A model generated the notes under the pieces. It was not told the origin of the DNA and made no database searches. It was given only the letters and a program-made list of their open reading frames with translations. DNA of 64,000 nt from an uncultured virus (IMG/VR IMGVR_UViG_3300036770_004513) (lineage: Duplodnaviria; Heunggongvirae; Uroviricota; Caudoviricetes), in the IMG/VR virus record IMGVR_UViG_3300036770_004513. One strand, given 5' to 3'. Made by a program: the position numbers and the translations under genes. Positions 49,254 through 59,002 of this stretch are shown in pieces; within the stretch, counting starts at the first letter, position 1; every line of letters begins with the position of its first letter.

Positions 49254-50073
49254 TGCTCAATAAGTCGATGAATCATCGTATTCTGGATAGCCCAGATCGT
49301 CTTCATACTCATCATCATAAAGAGCCTCAATGAGTTCCTGATACTTATCAGACTCGTGATCAATCGTGTCTTGTGCGTAGGTCATTGTGTTAAAAGAGCA
49401 AAGGAAAAAAATTCGAGAAAGTCAGTAACGGTTAATGGACTCGGTACAACCACACCAAATTCTAACATCTGATGGGGTTGTAAAAATCCATAAGAGTCGG
49501 AAATTCGATAGAGAAAGGCGGTGAATTCATCATCAGATAAATGCCTCAGCCTGTTCTTGTGTATTGAATGGGCCATACTCATCGCTCCCGCCATCACTGT
49601 ATTCAATGGCCACCCACCAATAATCATTCTCTTCAAAAACTTCCTTAGAAGTCATAAAGATCGCGGTTCGTTCAAGTGTTGCTGCCATAATAATTCTCCT
49701 TAGATTGGAATAATTTTAATGTCCTTGGCCCCTTGTTGTTTTAAATGAGATTCCCAAAAGAAAGCTGCCTCAAGAGTTAGAAGCACTGCGTTTTGTTTAG
49801 AAAAGTAGCCTTTCTTTTTGGGGCGGAGCCATTCAACTCTGTAGCTCATCTTCGATTCTTTTGATAAGGGTCTGAATCTTATGCTCAGCAACGGTATCGT
49901 AGCCAGCATCCTCTTGAACATCCAAAACGATGTCCTCAAGTTCAAGAATTAGCTCATTCAGAAATTGATTCATCAATCCTCCAATTTGTTTTGTGTAGCC
50001 TACCACAGATGGTGGCATTAAGACGAAAGTGTGTGCCAGTTTAGATTCTGGAACAAAGTTCAAGCAACAAATT

Positions 50074-50595
50074 TCAAAGTTCAACAAGCCTGAAGGCCCG
50101 GACACAGCTCGTAACCGCCTTACTACCGGCGATCCGGGTACCATTATTGAAATACACGTAGCACGCATTAGTAGAGCTAGCCTCATCTGAAGACCAGTAC
50201 CACCAACCGGGAAAAGGTGAGCTGGCATTTTTGTAGGCTAATTGCAGTTGCTCAACCGAAGGAATAAACCAATCAGATGGATTAAGGCCGTGTTCCTTGA
50301 GTTTATCAAAGACTGGTTTGAATTCTGGAGTCCATTCGCAAAGAACTTCAGTTTCTTGTGGTGCAGCAATAAGTAGACGTTCATTATAAAAAATTGTCTT
50401 TGGATAACGCTCGATAACGATACAACCATCCTCTAGCTTATCGCCAGGTTGGGCTTCCTCTGGAGTAACAACTGCATTGTTTCTAAGACGAATAAGTTCA
50501 TCTCTTGTCTTACTAAGAGCCACAATCCGAGCATTTAGTTCATCTAGCTCATCATTCGTTGTTTTGATTACTTGGTCGATCTGTTGATAATTCAT
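50074..50595 (-). CDS. CLec-fold DGR target paralog
   Basis: VR scaffold at about 50095-50200. Confidence 0.9.
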   Translation of the reverse strand: MNYQQIDQVIKTTNDELDELNARIVALSKTRDELIRLRNNAVVTPEEAQPGDKLEDGCIVIERYPKTIFYNERLLIAAPQETEVLCEWTPEFKPVFDKLKEHGLNPSDWFIPSVEQLQLAYKNASSPFPGWWYWSSDEASSTNACYVYFNNGTRIAGSKAVTSCVRAFRLVEL

Positions 50596-50767
50596 AAGGC
50601 TCCTGCTAATGGACCATAATCCTAGCAGACAAAATTTCGCCTTGGACTCGCAACAGGACAGTTGTTAAAGTGGTTTAGGCTCTCGGCGGGTGTTGATCCC
50701 ACTTTGTTCACATCGAACAATCTTACCGAAGACGAGAGTAAAAAAGTCTCAAATGAGACTTATTGGT

Positions 50768-51013
50768 TCATTGAGCAGGACCAGACCCCGGCCCCATTGG
50801 GATCCCTTGGGTTACACTAGGGGCACCAGGAATAGCAGGAGCAACACCACCAGAACGATGGACGATTCCTCGTTGAAGAATGGTCCTTGCTTGCGATTTA
50901 GGAATGCCTAATTGACGTGCAAGTTTAGCGGCAGGGCCAGCACTAGCAGGAACAGCAAATGAACCAATAATCAGAGCAGAAAGGAGAAGATTTTTCATAA
51001 GTTTAGAAAGCAA
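50768..51013 (-). CDS. small signal-peptide protein
   Basis: MKNLLLSALIIGSFAVPASA signal-like N-terminus. Confidence 0.55.
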   Translation of the reverse strand: MLSKLMKNLLLSALIIGSFAVPASAGPAAKLARQLGIPKSQARTILQRGIVHRSGGVAPAIPGAPSVTQGIPMGPGSGPAQ

Positions 51014-51023
51014 TTGGGATTAT

Positions 51024-52292
51024 TTAGGCAGCTGCTTTTACTTTTGGTTCATCAATGGTGTCATAAACATAATTACCATTGATAAAAACCTCAGTAACAA
51101 TCGAGTCTACCTGTTCTTCGATCTTACTTCCGTGATTCCTGTAGACGGGAATGATGATCTCACCGAAAGGCTTTTCATAATTCTCATAATCCCCAGGAGT
51201 TAGGGAACCAGATCGAATACGTTCAATGTCTGTATGACCAAGCCGCAAGGTTCGACCAACATTTTGAACAGTAGCACCAATACTTTGTTGGCGCATAAAG
51301 ATGGATGATTGGATGCTATTATTACTCCATCCCTCATTGAGGATAGAATAATGCATCACCACAAACTTTCTATTTTCTTTACCGTAGTCCTCGATTCGTT
51401 TCAAGAACTCAGTACGTTTGAGCTTATCATTGTTATGGAAAGCCCCGTATTTTGATGTGATGTGAAAGATGTCATAACCATTCTCTGATAGATCCTTAAT
51501 AAAATCTGTCATAGACAGAAGGGCCATCATTGCCTTTGTTGATGGACAAGTAATAAGAACCCGATCGGTATTATCACCATTGAGGATACAATCCATCAAG
51601 GTATAATAATCCCTTTCGTGGGCACCTTCTTTCTTGTCCCTAATTTCTGGAATGTGGATAGGAGTTGTTTTAGGTGGGAGAATGGATCCATCATTAATTA
51701 GCTGAACTGCATTGACGCTATACACCTGATCACCATAAACATCGGCATTGTTATTGCCATTTTTTGTCGGGTCCTTGTGATAGCGTGGGGTTGCAGTAAA
51801 GCTATACAGATGTTCACAGAACTTTTCCGTGTCCTTTACCGACTCAAAGAAGTGTTTTTTTGCTCCATTGTGGGCCTCATCAAGATAGATTGAGTCGATG
51901 TTAAGTTCTGCCTTTGCGATCTTATGCAAGGAATGATAAGTCACAAAGATTACTTTAGGTCCTTGAGTCTTATCAGCCCAATAGGCTAGTTGGAGGAAAT
52001 CAGTGATCTTACGTTTTCCAGTTTCACCAGAATGCATATGTACGATGTTGGCATTGTTAATAACCTTTGAGAATTCATTAGAAAGCTGTTGCAGCAATAG
52101 AATCCGTGAGGAAACAATAACAAAAAGAGCGTTTTCTTGGGATTGCATTCGTTTATGAATGTCACCAAAGATTATGAAACTCTTACCAGCAGACGTTGGA
52201 GCAATAATGAGTGCTTTTTTATGAGCATCCATTACCTCTAGTGCCTGGGTTTGATGAGTCCGAAATTCAACACCGTTCATAAGTTCATTCAA
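51024..52292 (-). CDS. superfamily 2 helicase (ResIII/DEAD-like)
   Basis: RTHQ, APTSAGKS, TYHSL, LDEAH, FTATP, ILNEGW, QNVGRTLR. Confidence 0.92.
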   Translation of the reverse strand: MNELMNGVEFRTHQTQALEVMDAHKKALIIAPTSAGKSFIIFGDIHKRMQSQENALFVIVSSRILLLQQLSNEFSKVINNANIVHMHSGETGKRKITDFLQLAYWADKTQGPKVIFVTYHSLHKIAKAELNIDSIYLDEAHNGAKKHFFESVKDTEKFCEHLYSFTATPRYHKDPTKNGNNNADVYGDQVYSVNAVQLINDGSILPPKTTPIHIPEIRDKKEGAHERDYYTLMDCILNGDNTDRVLITCPSTKAMMALLSMTDFIKDLSENGYDIFHITSKYGAFHNNDKLKRTEFLKRIEDYGKENRKFVVMHYSILNEGWSNNSIQSSIFMRQQSIGATVQNVGRTLRLGHTDIERIRSGSLTPGDYENYEKPFGEIIIPVYRNHGSKIEEQVDSIVTEVFINGNYVYDTIDEPKVKAAA

Positions 52293-52365
52293 AGGTGAGA
52301 CAATAATAAAGGGTTAAGTGTTGTTATGGTGTGTTGATGTGCCAGTTTAAATTGTGGTACAAATT

Positions 52366-52845
52366 TCAAAGTTCAACAAACCTAAAGGCTCGGACACAGC
52401 CCGTATACGCCTTACTAGCGGTGAACTGGCTACCATCATTGAAATCCACGCAGCACGCATTAGTAGAGCTAGCCTCAGTAGAAGACCAGTAACGCTGGTG
52501 CCAAAATTGTTGTTTGGCATTTATGTATGCCAATCGTAGTTGTTCAACCGAAGGAATAAACCAATCAGATGGGTCGAATCCGTGAGATTTTAGCTTATCA
52601 AAGACTGGTTTGAATTCTGGAGTCCACTGGCATTCAACTTCAGTTTTCTCTGGTGCAGCCACAAGCAGCCTTTCGTTGTAGAGAATGGATTTTGGCCGGT
52701 GATAAATAACAACACAACCATCATCTAGCTTATCGCCAGGTTGAGCCTCCTCTAGAGTAGGAAAAGTCGTTTTCAACTTCTCCTTTAACCCCGAAAGATA
52801 GAGTTCGGTTGACTTGATTTCAGCTTGCAGTTCAGAATAATTCAT
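52366..52845 (-). CDS. CLec-fold DGR target paralog
   Basis: VR scaffold at about 52387-52492; start at MNYSE. Confidence 0.9.
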   Translation of the reverse strand: MNYSELQAEIKSTELYLSGLKEKLKTTFPTLEEAQPGDKLDDGCVVIYHRPKSILYNERLLVAAPEKTEVECQWTPEFKPVFDKLKSHGFDPSDWFIPSVEQLRLAYINAKQQFWHQRYWSSTEASSTNACCVDFNDGSQFTASKAYTGCVRAFRFVEL

Positions 52846-52849
52846 TGAT

Positions 52850-53323
52850 TTATTCGTGTTCAAATTCATAAGTTGTGAACCCTTCACGAGTTGCAATGAC
52901 AAGCTTATGATCACCAAAAGTGCTCTTTAACATTTCCTCTGCAGCCGAGGAAGTTATGAAATTAGAAAGGTGAATAACGCTATCACTGTTATCGCAAGCC
53001 CCAGCAACTTTAGATTTTCTACCCATTGAAAACTCGCTCTTATTAAAACAAATTACATCGGGATTATTACCATAATATTCTCCCCAGCTAATCTGCTTAA
53101 GGTCTTCCTCATCTTCAGCATTGGTGAAAGAAACCTCATTGACGCTAAACTCACAAGGATCGCCATCCATAAAATAAGGGGTGTATTGTTGCCAAACAAC
53201 TGCCTTGATTTTAGGATTCAATTCCCAAAACTCTTTGAATCCTTCCTTTAGGGCGGATAACATCTCCTTGTTTAGTTCTTGAATGGTTTCGTTATACTTA
53301 TTGGTGATTTTAGAAAAATCCAT
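52850..53323 (-). CDS. conserved-looking phage hypothetical protein
   Basis: WQQYTPYFMDGDPCEFSV and FGDH motifs. Confidence 0.75.
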   Translation of the reverse strand: MDFSKITNKYNETIQELNKEMLSALKEGFKEFWELNPKIKAVVWQQYTPYFMDGDPCEFSVNEVSFTNAEDEEDLKQISWGEYYGNNPDVICFNKSEFSMGRKSKVAGACDNSDSVIHLSNFITSSAAEEMLKSTFGDHKLVIATREGFTTYEFEHE

Positions 53324-53326
53324 TTG

Positions 53327-53686
53327 TCAATCCTCCAGTGGAATAAAAGTTGTTGATTTGGTGTTTTTAATAGTTCCAGACATCCAAGGTTCTAGACTCA
53401 TACAGTTAAGATATTTTTCAACCGTAGGAATAAACCCAAGATCCTGAATAATGTGATCTTCTGCTACATCTCTCGGTGAGTATTCTTTTCCTTCAGAATT
53501 AATTCTGGTACGACCAAAAATTTGTTCGACAAGGAAACAACCAAAAGAATTGTGCAATAAGGCCCTATGCCTCATATCTGGGACGGCAATCTTTGATGAG
53601 TCAATGAAATCATCAATGTCAGCATAGTCCTCAGGAGTCCCGCCATACTTCTTAGCGTGGATCCTACCGTGTAAAAAAGGCTTCAT
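53327..53686 (-). CDS. DUF6915-like protein
   Basis: P..H....KKYGG..EDY...D.SK....D.RHRALLH..G...E..FG...AEDHI.QDLGFIP. Confidence 0.75.
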   Translation of the reverse strand: MKPFLHGRIHAKKYGGTPEDYADIDDFIDSSKIAVPDMRHRALLHNSFGCFLVEQIFGRTRINSEGKEYSPRDVAEDHIIQDLGFIPTVEKYLNCMSLEPWMSGTIKNTKSTTFIPLED

Positions 53687-53804
53687 TAGAGTGGCATCAC
53701 CTGTTTTTCATTGGCCTTGCCACTGTAGCACAATTTATAAGCAGCCAATAAAAAAGTGGACAGTTTGTTGACCGTCCACCAAGAATTAACTTTTACTTAT
53801 TGAT

Positions 53805-54401
53805 TCAAACGAGAACTTCAGATGCGATTTGAACGTATTTAGCCTTAAGATCGGCCTCAATCTTTTTGAATCGTGCAGTATGGAACCAACCTCTTAGCCT
53901 ATTGTAGTTTGCCTCAGGCACTGGCTGAACAGGAAGACCTTGAACCAGTAGCTGACACATACTACCACCCATAAGATGGCTTCCAAACATTAAGCCATCA
54001 AAAAGGCTGATGGAATATCTCTGTCGTGAAAGAGCTGATTTCCAGCCGCCAGCAGCGAAAGCATCATTAATAGTAGCGATTAAACCTTTTTCATAAAGAT
54101 CATTTCTCCAATCGGAAACAGCCTGCCAAACACTTTTATCAGGTTCTGGTAGAGTTGCAGTTGTGGCTTTTAAATTATAAGCACCGGCTGGAGCAGCAGG
54201 AATGTTGGCTAGTTCAGCTGCTAGGGCATCACAAGCGGGTGAATGAACTAAAAGAACCCGGCGTTGAAATTCTCTGGCCATAGCAAGAACCTCAGCAGGA
54301 TCACGAGATTCTAGATCAGGAAGAGTAATTTTAAGGTATCGAGCCTCTCTTTGAAGTTGACCAATAGGGCCATAATTATTGATTTGATTGGTGTCGGCCA
54401 T
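53805..54401 (-). CDS. hypothetical protein
   Basis: ~198-aa ORF. Confidence 0.65.
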   Translation of the reverse strand: MADTNQINNYGPIGQLQREARYLKITLPDLESRDPAEVLAMAREFQRRVLLVHSPACDALAAELANIPAAPAGAYNLKATTATLPEPDKSVWQAVSDWRNDLYEKGLIATINDAFAAGGWKSALSRQRYSISLFDGLMFGSHLMGGSMCQLLVQGLPVQPVPEANYNRLRGWFHTARFKKIEADLKAKYVQIASEVLV

Positions 54402-54458
54402 AGGAATAATTGGGGATGGTACCATCACTATTTAGCCATAGAAGGTCAAAAATTGAAC

Positions 54459-54803
54459 TTATGTGCAAATCTTAACAATTAATTTAAGATTCTTGGATTC
54501 TGCTAGACTTATCATTTGCTTAGTTCCACGACTCTCACCATCCCATAAAACAATAACAGCATCAGCATAATCTGCCATTTCAGCATTTCTTTTGTAACCA
54601 GCAGACTTACCAAACTTGTTCCAATTAGCAGGAAAGTTCTTTACCGGAATCTGCATAAACTCTGCCCATAATTCGCCTAAATGATCAGCACCACGGGCAT
54701 TACCAGACACCACTTCAGTAATTTCCCAATCTATTTCTTCGATAGCAGAAATAAGATAATTAATGTCTGTTATGGTACGACTACCTGCGATAACTGTTTT
54801 CAT
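54459..54803 (-). CDS. SLOG-superfamily (DUF2493/YspA-like) protein
   Basis: IAGSR, VSGNARGAD, ANW..GKSAG.KRN..M, WDGESRGT..M. Confidence 0.85.
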   Translation of the reverse strand: MKTVIAGSRTITDINYLISAIEEIDWEITEVVSGNARGADHLGELWAEFMQIPVKNFPANWNKFGKSAGYKRNAEMADYADAVIVLWDGESRGTKQMISLAESKNLKLIVKICT

Positions 54804-55444
54804 TTAAAAAGTCTTGTGATAAATTGAATTATGGTCTCGAATAATGATAATTCTTTGGGTGTTATTGAAAAGTTTTCTAACTCTTCAATGGAAGCCTTAT
54901 CGACCCAATCTAAGAATTGGATAGAATCTAGATTATCAGGATCAAATTTAACAATTTTAGTTTCTTTCTTTTCGGACTTTAATTGACTGGTAAGTTTTTG
55001 GTGCTTTAAGGACGCCTTAAGTCTTATTTTTTCTACAGGATAACTTGATGCAATTTTAGCTAGAGTGTAAGCGTTGATAGCAGGATTATCAATAATGGCG
55101 CTAATCAGCCCTTCATCTGCATCATTTGATAACTGATGTAGGATGCGGTTCATCCAAGAATCTGAACAATTTTTGACCAACAAAAACAAAAAGGCAGACC
55201 AGATGCGATCAAAATCACCAGATGTCTTGACTATAGTAGAGCAGATAAAAAAGTGCTCATAAACATTACTTAAAAGGTTGGTAGTAATTTCTGTTGTAGG
55301 CTTAGCAAAATTAACACCAGTGAACGGATTGGTGCTTGGTCTATCATAGAGAGACCAGACTAAATTTGAATTAGACTCTGTAGGATTTACTGTAATCAAA
55401 TATAATTTATCGGATTGTTTGTCACTAATTCTGAATTCGGCCAT
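54800..55444 (-). CDS. hypothetical protein
   Basis: 214 aa; C-terminal FLDWVDKASIEELE motif shared with 24171..24869. Confidence 0.7.
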   Translation of the reverse strand: MAEFRISDKQSDKLYLITVNPTESNSNLVWSLYDRPSTNPFTGVNFAKPTTEITTNLLSNVYEHFFICSTIVKTSGDFDRIWSAFLFLLVKNCSDSWMNRILHQLSNDADEGLISAIIDNPAINAYTLAKIASSYPVEKIRLKASLKHQKLTSQLKSEKKETKIVKFDPDNLDSIQFLDWVDKASIEELENFSITPKELSLFETIIQFITRLFK

Positions 55445-56291
55445 AATTACTCATAACAAAGTGACAGGATAGCAGACGTTTCAATGGATCGAATTAAATT
55501 AGGACAGTTTATTAACTGTCTAACCTAGAAACAAATTCATCATAATCTTTTTCACTCAATCTAATAGTCTCAGCATTTTTAAACATCCATTCCCAACAAT
55601 CTTGTTCTGATGGGTTAGGACCATAAAGAGCCTCAAACTGCATTTTTAACCAGCCAGAATTAAGATAAACGAAAAATTCATAATTGCTAGTCTCACCTAA
55701 TAGATTATCAATCCAGGTTACAATTGTCCAAGATAGTTGATTATTCATTATGCATTAAAGATAATTTTACTAAAAATTTCATAAAGCTCTTGTTTTGTGA
55801 TAGATCCACTAAAGACCATCTCCACTAATTCATCAGGACAATAGCGAATTAAGACAGTTTTAAATTGTTTTGAATTTGTAACTTCTGTTGTAACTTCTTG
55901 AACGATAGGTTCAAGATGTAATCTAATGTTGTCTTTAGAACTCATTTGAATCTCCAATTAGTTGTTTCAGTAATTTTTAATTCATCTAATAAAACATAAA
56001 GAACCACTTCTTCTGGATCAAAGGGTTCAATGTCATAAAATCGTTTGATGCATTCTTCACTAACTCTTGTGTGAATTTTAGGAGTACATTCTACATCAAT
56101 AGAATCAATTCCGTTTGTGACTGTAAGAATTTTATTCATTTGTATTATAGTAGTTAATGTAGTTAGTTAGATAGTAAATGTCCATCAAACGCGACAAGGC
56201 TGAGTCTAGCAGACTTTGCTCGATTTGTCAATAGGGTTTATGACAGTCCAGGAATTGGCACAGGAGGGGTTGACAAAAATTAAATTCTGTG

Positions 56292-58262
56292 TTAGAGTAG
56301 TCCAGCTTGGGAGAGAGCAGTTTTGATAAGTTCCAGTTCTTGTTTCAGTTTTTGATTTTCTTTAATCGTTTCTTTTAAGGCAGCAGTCAATAATGGAGTT
56401 AATTTTGAATAATCTACACTTTGGTAAACGGGATTACCCTCTTCATCCACTTCATCCTTTTCACCGGATGCGGCATAAGGAACTACTTCTTTAAGTTCGT
56501 GTGCAACAAATACATCAACATCAGTATCTGGCTCACTAATGAAATTACAGGTACTAGGATTTAATGCCAAGACTTTTTCAACAGAATCTTCTATAGGTCT
56601 TACATTGGTTTTTAGTCTGTAGTCAGAACCGGATAAGTAGGATACTGAACTATCATTTAAAATTTGTATTCTACCTGCTGTGCCACTACTTCCTCTTCGG
56701 AACAAAACAACATCACCATTACCCGGCCTTGCAAATAGTGCCGCCACACCTCCTGCGCTATTCACATCTCTATTGTAAAAGTCGATTCTGTAATCAAAAA
56801 AATTCTTTTGTCCAGTAATGTCTTGTTGACCTGTGAGTCTTACTACAGAAGAATCAGAAGTTGATGTAGAATTACCATTAATGTTGATGTTATAAGTTCC
56901 ATTATCGTTATATACCCCATTCGTTACGGTCGCAGCCTCGCCAGTGATGCTAATGTTATAAGTTCCGCCATTGTTAATAACACCATTAACAACACTACCG
57001 GCCTGGCCAGTGATGTTAATAGCATAAAGTCCCCCATTGTTAGATACAATCTGTTGTCCATAAACATAACCAATGTTATTAACAGAGTCTAACTGCAGTG
57101 GAAAAGGTGCCTCAAACACACCATCACCTGTCCTATCACACAGAATGTAATAAATGTTACCATCTACCCAATTCCAATAATCATAACCATTAGAATCATT
57201 GAATTTAATATTAGGTACAGCCCCTGTTATTTCCATCCCAGTCGCACTGACCTGGCCAGCACTAATGCCACCAAGACTATCTCGTGCAACAACTGTCGAT
57301 GCAACATTAGATGGGGTAGCATTAACAGACCAAGTTGTTGCGGTAGAACCATTATAATTACTACCAGAAATGTAAGAACCTGCAGTCAATGTTGCAAGAT
57401 TTCCACCAAGAGCCACTCCAGAAATAGTGCTATTCGCTAGTTTATTGTTAGCAATTGGATTGCTAGCATCAAGGTCAGAAGAACGAATAGAGTTACCTAA
57501 ACTTAATTTGCTATAAGCAATACCAGCAGAATTACTAATGTCTGAATTGACAATTGAGTTAGAAAGATTTAATTTACTATAAACAATCCCTGCACTATTA
57601 GAAATGTGGCTATTGATAATGCTCCCTGCACCATAAACCCCACTGGTAATAATCCCTACAGCATTAGTATGAATAAGAGTACCTGTTGTTGTAGGAACAC
57701 TCAGAGAAGCAGAGCCATTAATAATAGTCGAAATTATTGGGGATAATAAAGTCTTATTGGATAAGGTCTGTGTATCATTATCACCAACAATGTTACCGGA
57801 AGGTGGGACTCTACCTTGGAAGAAAGCAGCATTAAGATTAGGAACAAGAGTGCTGGATTGAACAGTAAATGGAGGAATGCCAACAGGGGCAGTAGAGTTA
57901 ATAGTGTATGCTGAAACATTTGATGTAATACCAACACTACCACCAACGTTTAATTTATTAGTAAATGTTGAGGTGCCAATGCCTACATTAGAACCAGTAT
58001 AAATTCCTGACGGAGTAGAAATAAAAGAACCGGAAATAACAGCAAGGACATTATCTAACTTAGAACCATCACCATAATACTCTGTTGCACTAACAATACC
58101 ACTGGCTTTTATGTTTCCTTGAACGTGTAATTTTTCTGTAGGGGCAGTAGTCCCTATACCAACATAAGGCGTGCTACCTGTCGTAATTCCAATGTTTTTA
58201 TTAACATCATTAATGCTAATAAAAGAAGCAAATTGTGAAAGCTCTCTGTTAGGAATTGACAT
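56292..58262 (-). CDS. tail fibre protein with C-terminal intramolecular chaperone (peptidase S74-like) domain
   Basis: VGIGT repeats, Gly/Ser/Thr-rich shaft, SDYRLKTNV...FVAHEL..V.P...VDYSKLTPLLTAALKE coiled coil. Confidence 0.88.
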   Translation of the reverse strand: MSIPNRELSQFASFISINDVNKNIGITTGSTPYVGIGTTAPTEKLHVQGNIKASGIVSATEYYGDGSKLDNVLAVISGSFISTPSGIYTGSNVGIGTSTFTNKLNVGGSVGITSNVSAYTINSTAPVGIPPFTVQSSTLVPNLNAAFFQGRVPPSGNIVGDNDTQTLSNKTLLSPIISTIINGSASLSVPTTTGTLIHTNAVGIITSGVYGAGSIINSHISNSAGIVYSKLNLSNSIVNSDISNSAGIAYSKLSLGNSIRSSDLDASNPIANNKLANSTISGVALGGNLATLTAGSYISGSNYNGSTATTWSVNATPSNVASTVVARDSLGGISAGQVSATGMEITGAVPNIKFNDSNGYDYWNWVDGNIYYILCDRTGDGVFEAPFPLQLDSVNNIGYVYGQQIVSNNGGLYAINITGQAGSVVNGVINNGGTYNISITGEAATVTNGVYNDNGTYNININGNSTSTSDSSVVRLTGQQDITGQKNFFDYRIDFYNRDVNSAGGVAALFARPGNGDVVLFRRGSSGTAGRIQILNDSSVSYLSGSDYRLKTNVRPIEDSVEKVLALNPSTCNFISEPDTDVDVFVAHELKEVVPYAASGEKDEVDEEGNPVYQSVDYSKLTPLLTAALKETIKENQKLKQELELIKTALSQAGLL

Positions 58263-58263
58263 T

Positions 58264-58959
58264 TTATGCTAGATTTAGTGATGTACTCCCGATGCCAGCC
58301 ACAGTGAATACCAAAGTCGAACCTGATACTGTTATTGTTACTGGGGCACTGTAGACTGTAATACCAACACCATTTGCTGTGACACCAATGGTATTGAATC
58401 CTACAAAATTGATGTTATTAATACCTAAAACATTACCAACAATAGTTGAATTTTCTTGGACCGTAATACCAGGGGGAGACGTACCAAACACAGAATAAGC
58501 AACAATGTCAACATTCTCTCCACCAAAACAGGGAACATTCAATACAACAGTAGATCCATCTGTTGCGGTGTACTCTGAGGGTGATAATCTAGCACCATTA
58601 ACGAATACATCAACACCGCTAGTTGGATTATAAGTAGCATTAAAAGTAGTCTGGTTAACTGCTGCCGTAATTGTCGAAAGATTTCTTTGACCAGGAATGT
58701 CTTGCCAAACAATACTGCTTCCTGTTGATACAGGAAACTGACCAGAGTTACCAGCAGAACCATTAATCTCAAAGGGTCCTGAAATGGATAATTTCTGGCT
58801 AACATTGAGGGTTGTTACCCCAACATCACCAGAAACATCTAATTTATAAGAAGGATTGGTCTTACCAACCCCTACCCGATCTAATGTTGGGTCAGCAAAA
58901 ATGAGGTCATCACTAACCTCAATTCCATTCTTAACTACGAAATTTTTACTTACACCCAT
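58264..58959 (-). CDS. virion structural / tail-associated protein
   Basis: KNFVVKNGIEV, VGVGKTNP.YKLDV.G, VFVNGARL; late promoter upstream. Confidence 0.75.
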   Translation of the reverse strand: MGVSKNFVVKNGIEVSDDLIFADPTLDRVGVGKTNPSYKLDVSGDVGVTTLNVSQKLSISGPFEINGSAGNSGQFPVSTGSSIVWQDIPGQRNLSTITAAVNQTTFNATYNPTSGVDVFVNGARLSPSEYTATDGSTVVLNVPCFGGENVDIVAYSVFGTSPPGITVQENSTIVGNVLGINNINFVGFNTIGVTANGVGITVYSAPVTITVSGSTLVFTVAGIGSTSLNLA

Positions 58960-58987
58960 TTGGGATTCCCTATCCTCCCTTTCTTAT

Positions 58988-58995
58988 TATTTATA
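58988..58995 (-). promoter_or_regulatory. T4-type late promoter TATAAATA
   Basis: exact consensus 28 nt upstream of the start codon at 58959. Confidence 0.75.
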
Positions 58996-59002
58996 GCAAA
59001 TG

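Noticed and set aside
56292..58262. Tail fibre as the DGR target
   Set aside because: It ends in a chaperone (S74-like) domain and contains no copy of the VR scaffold.
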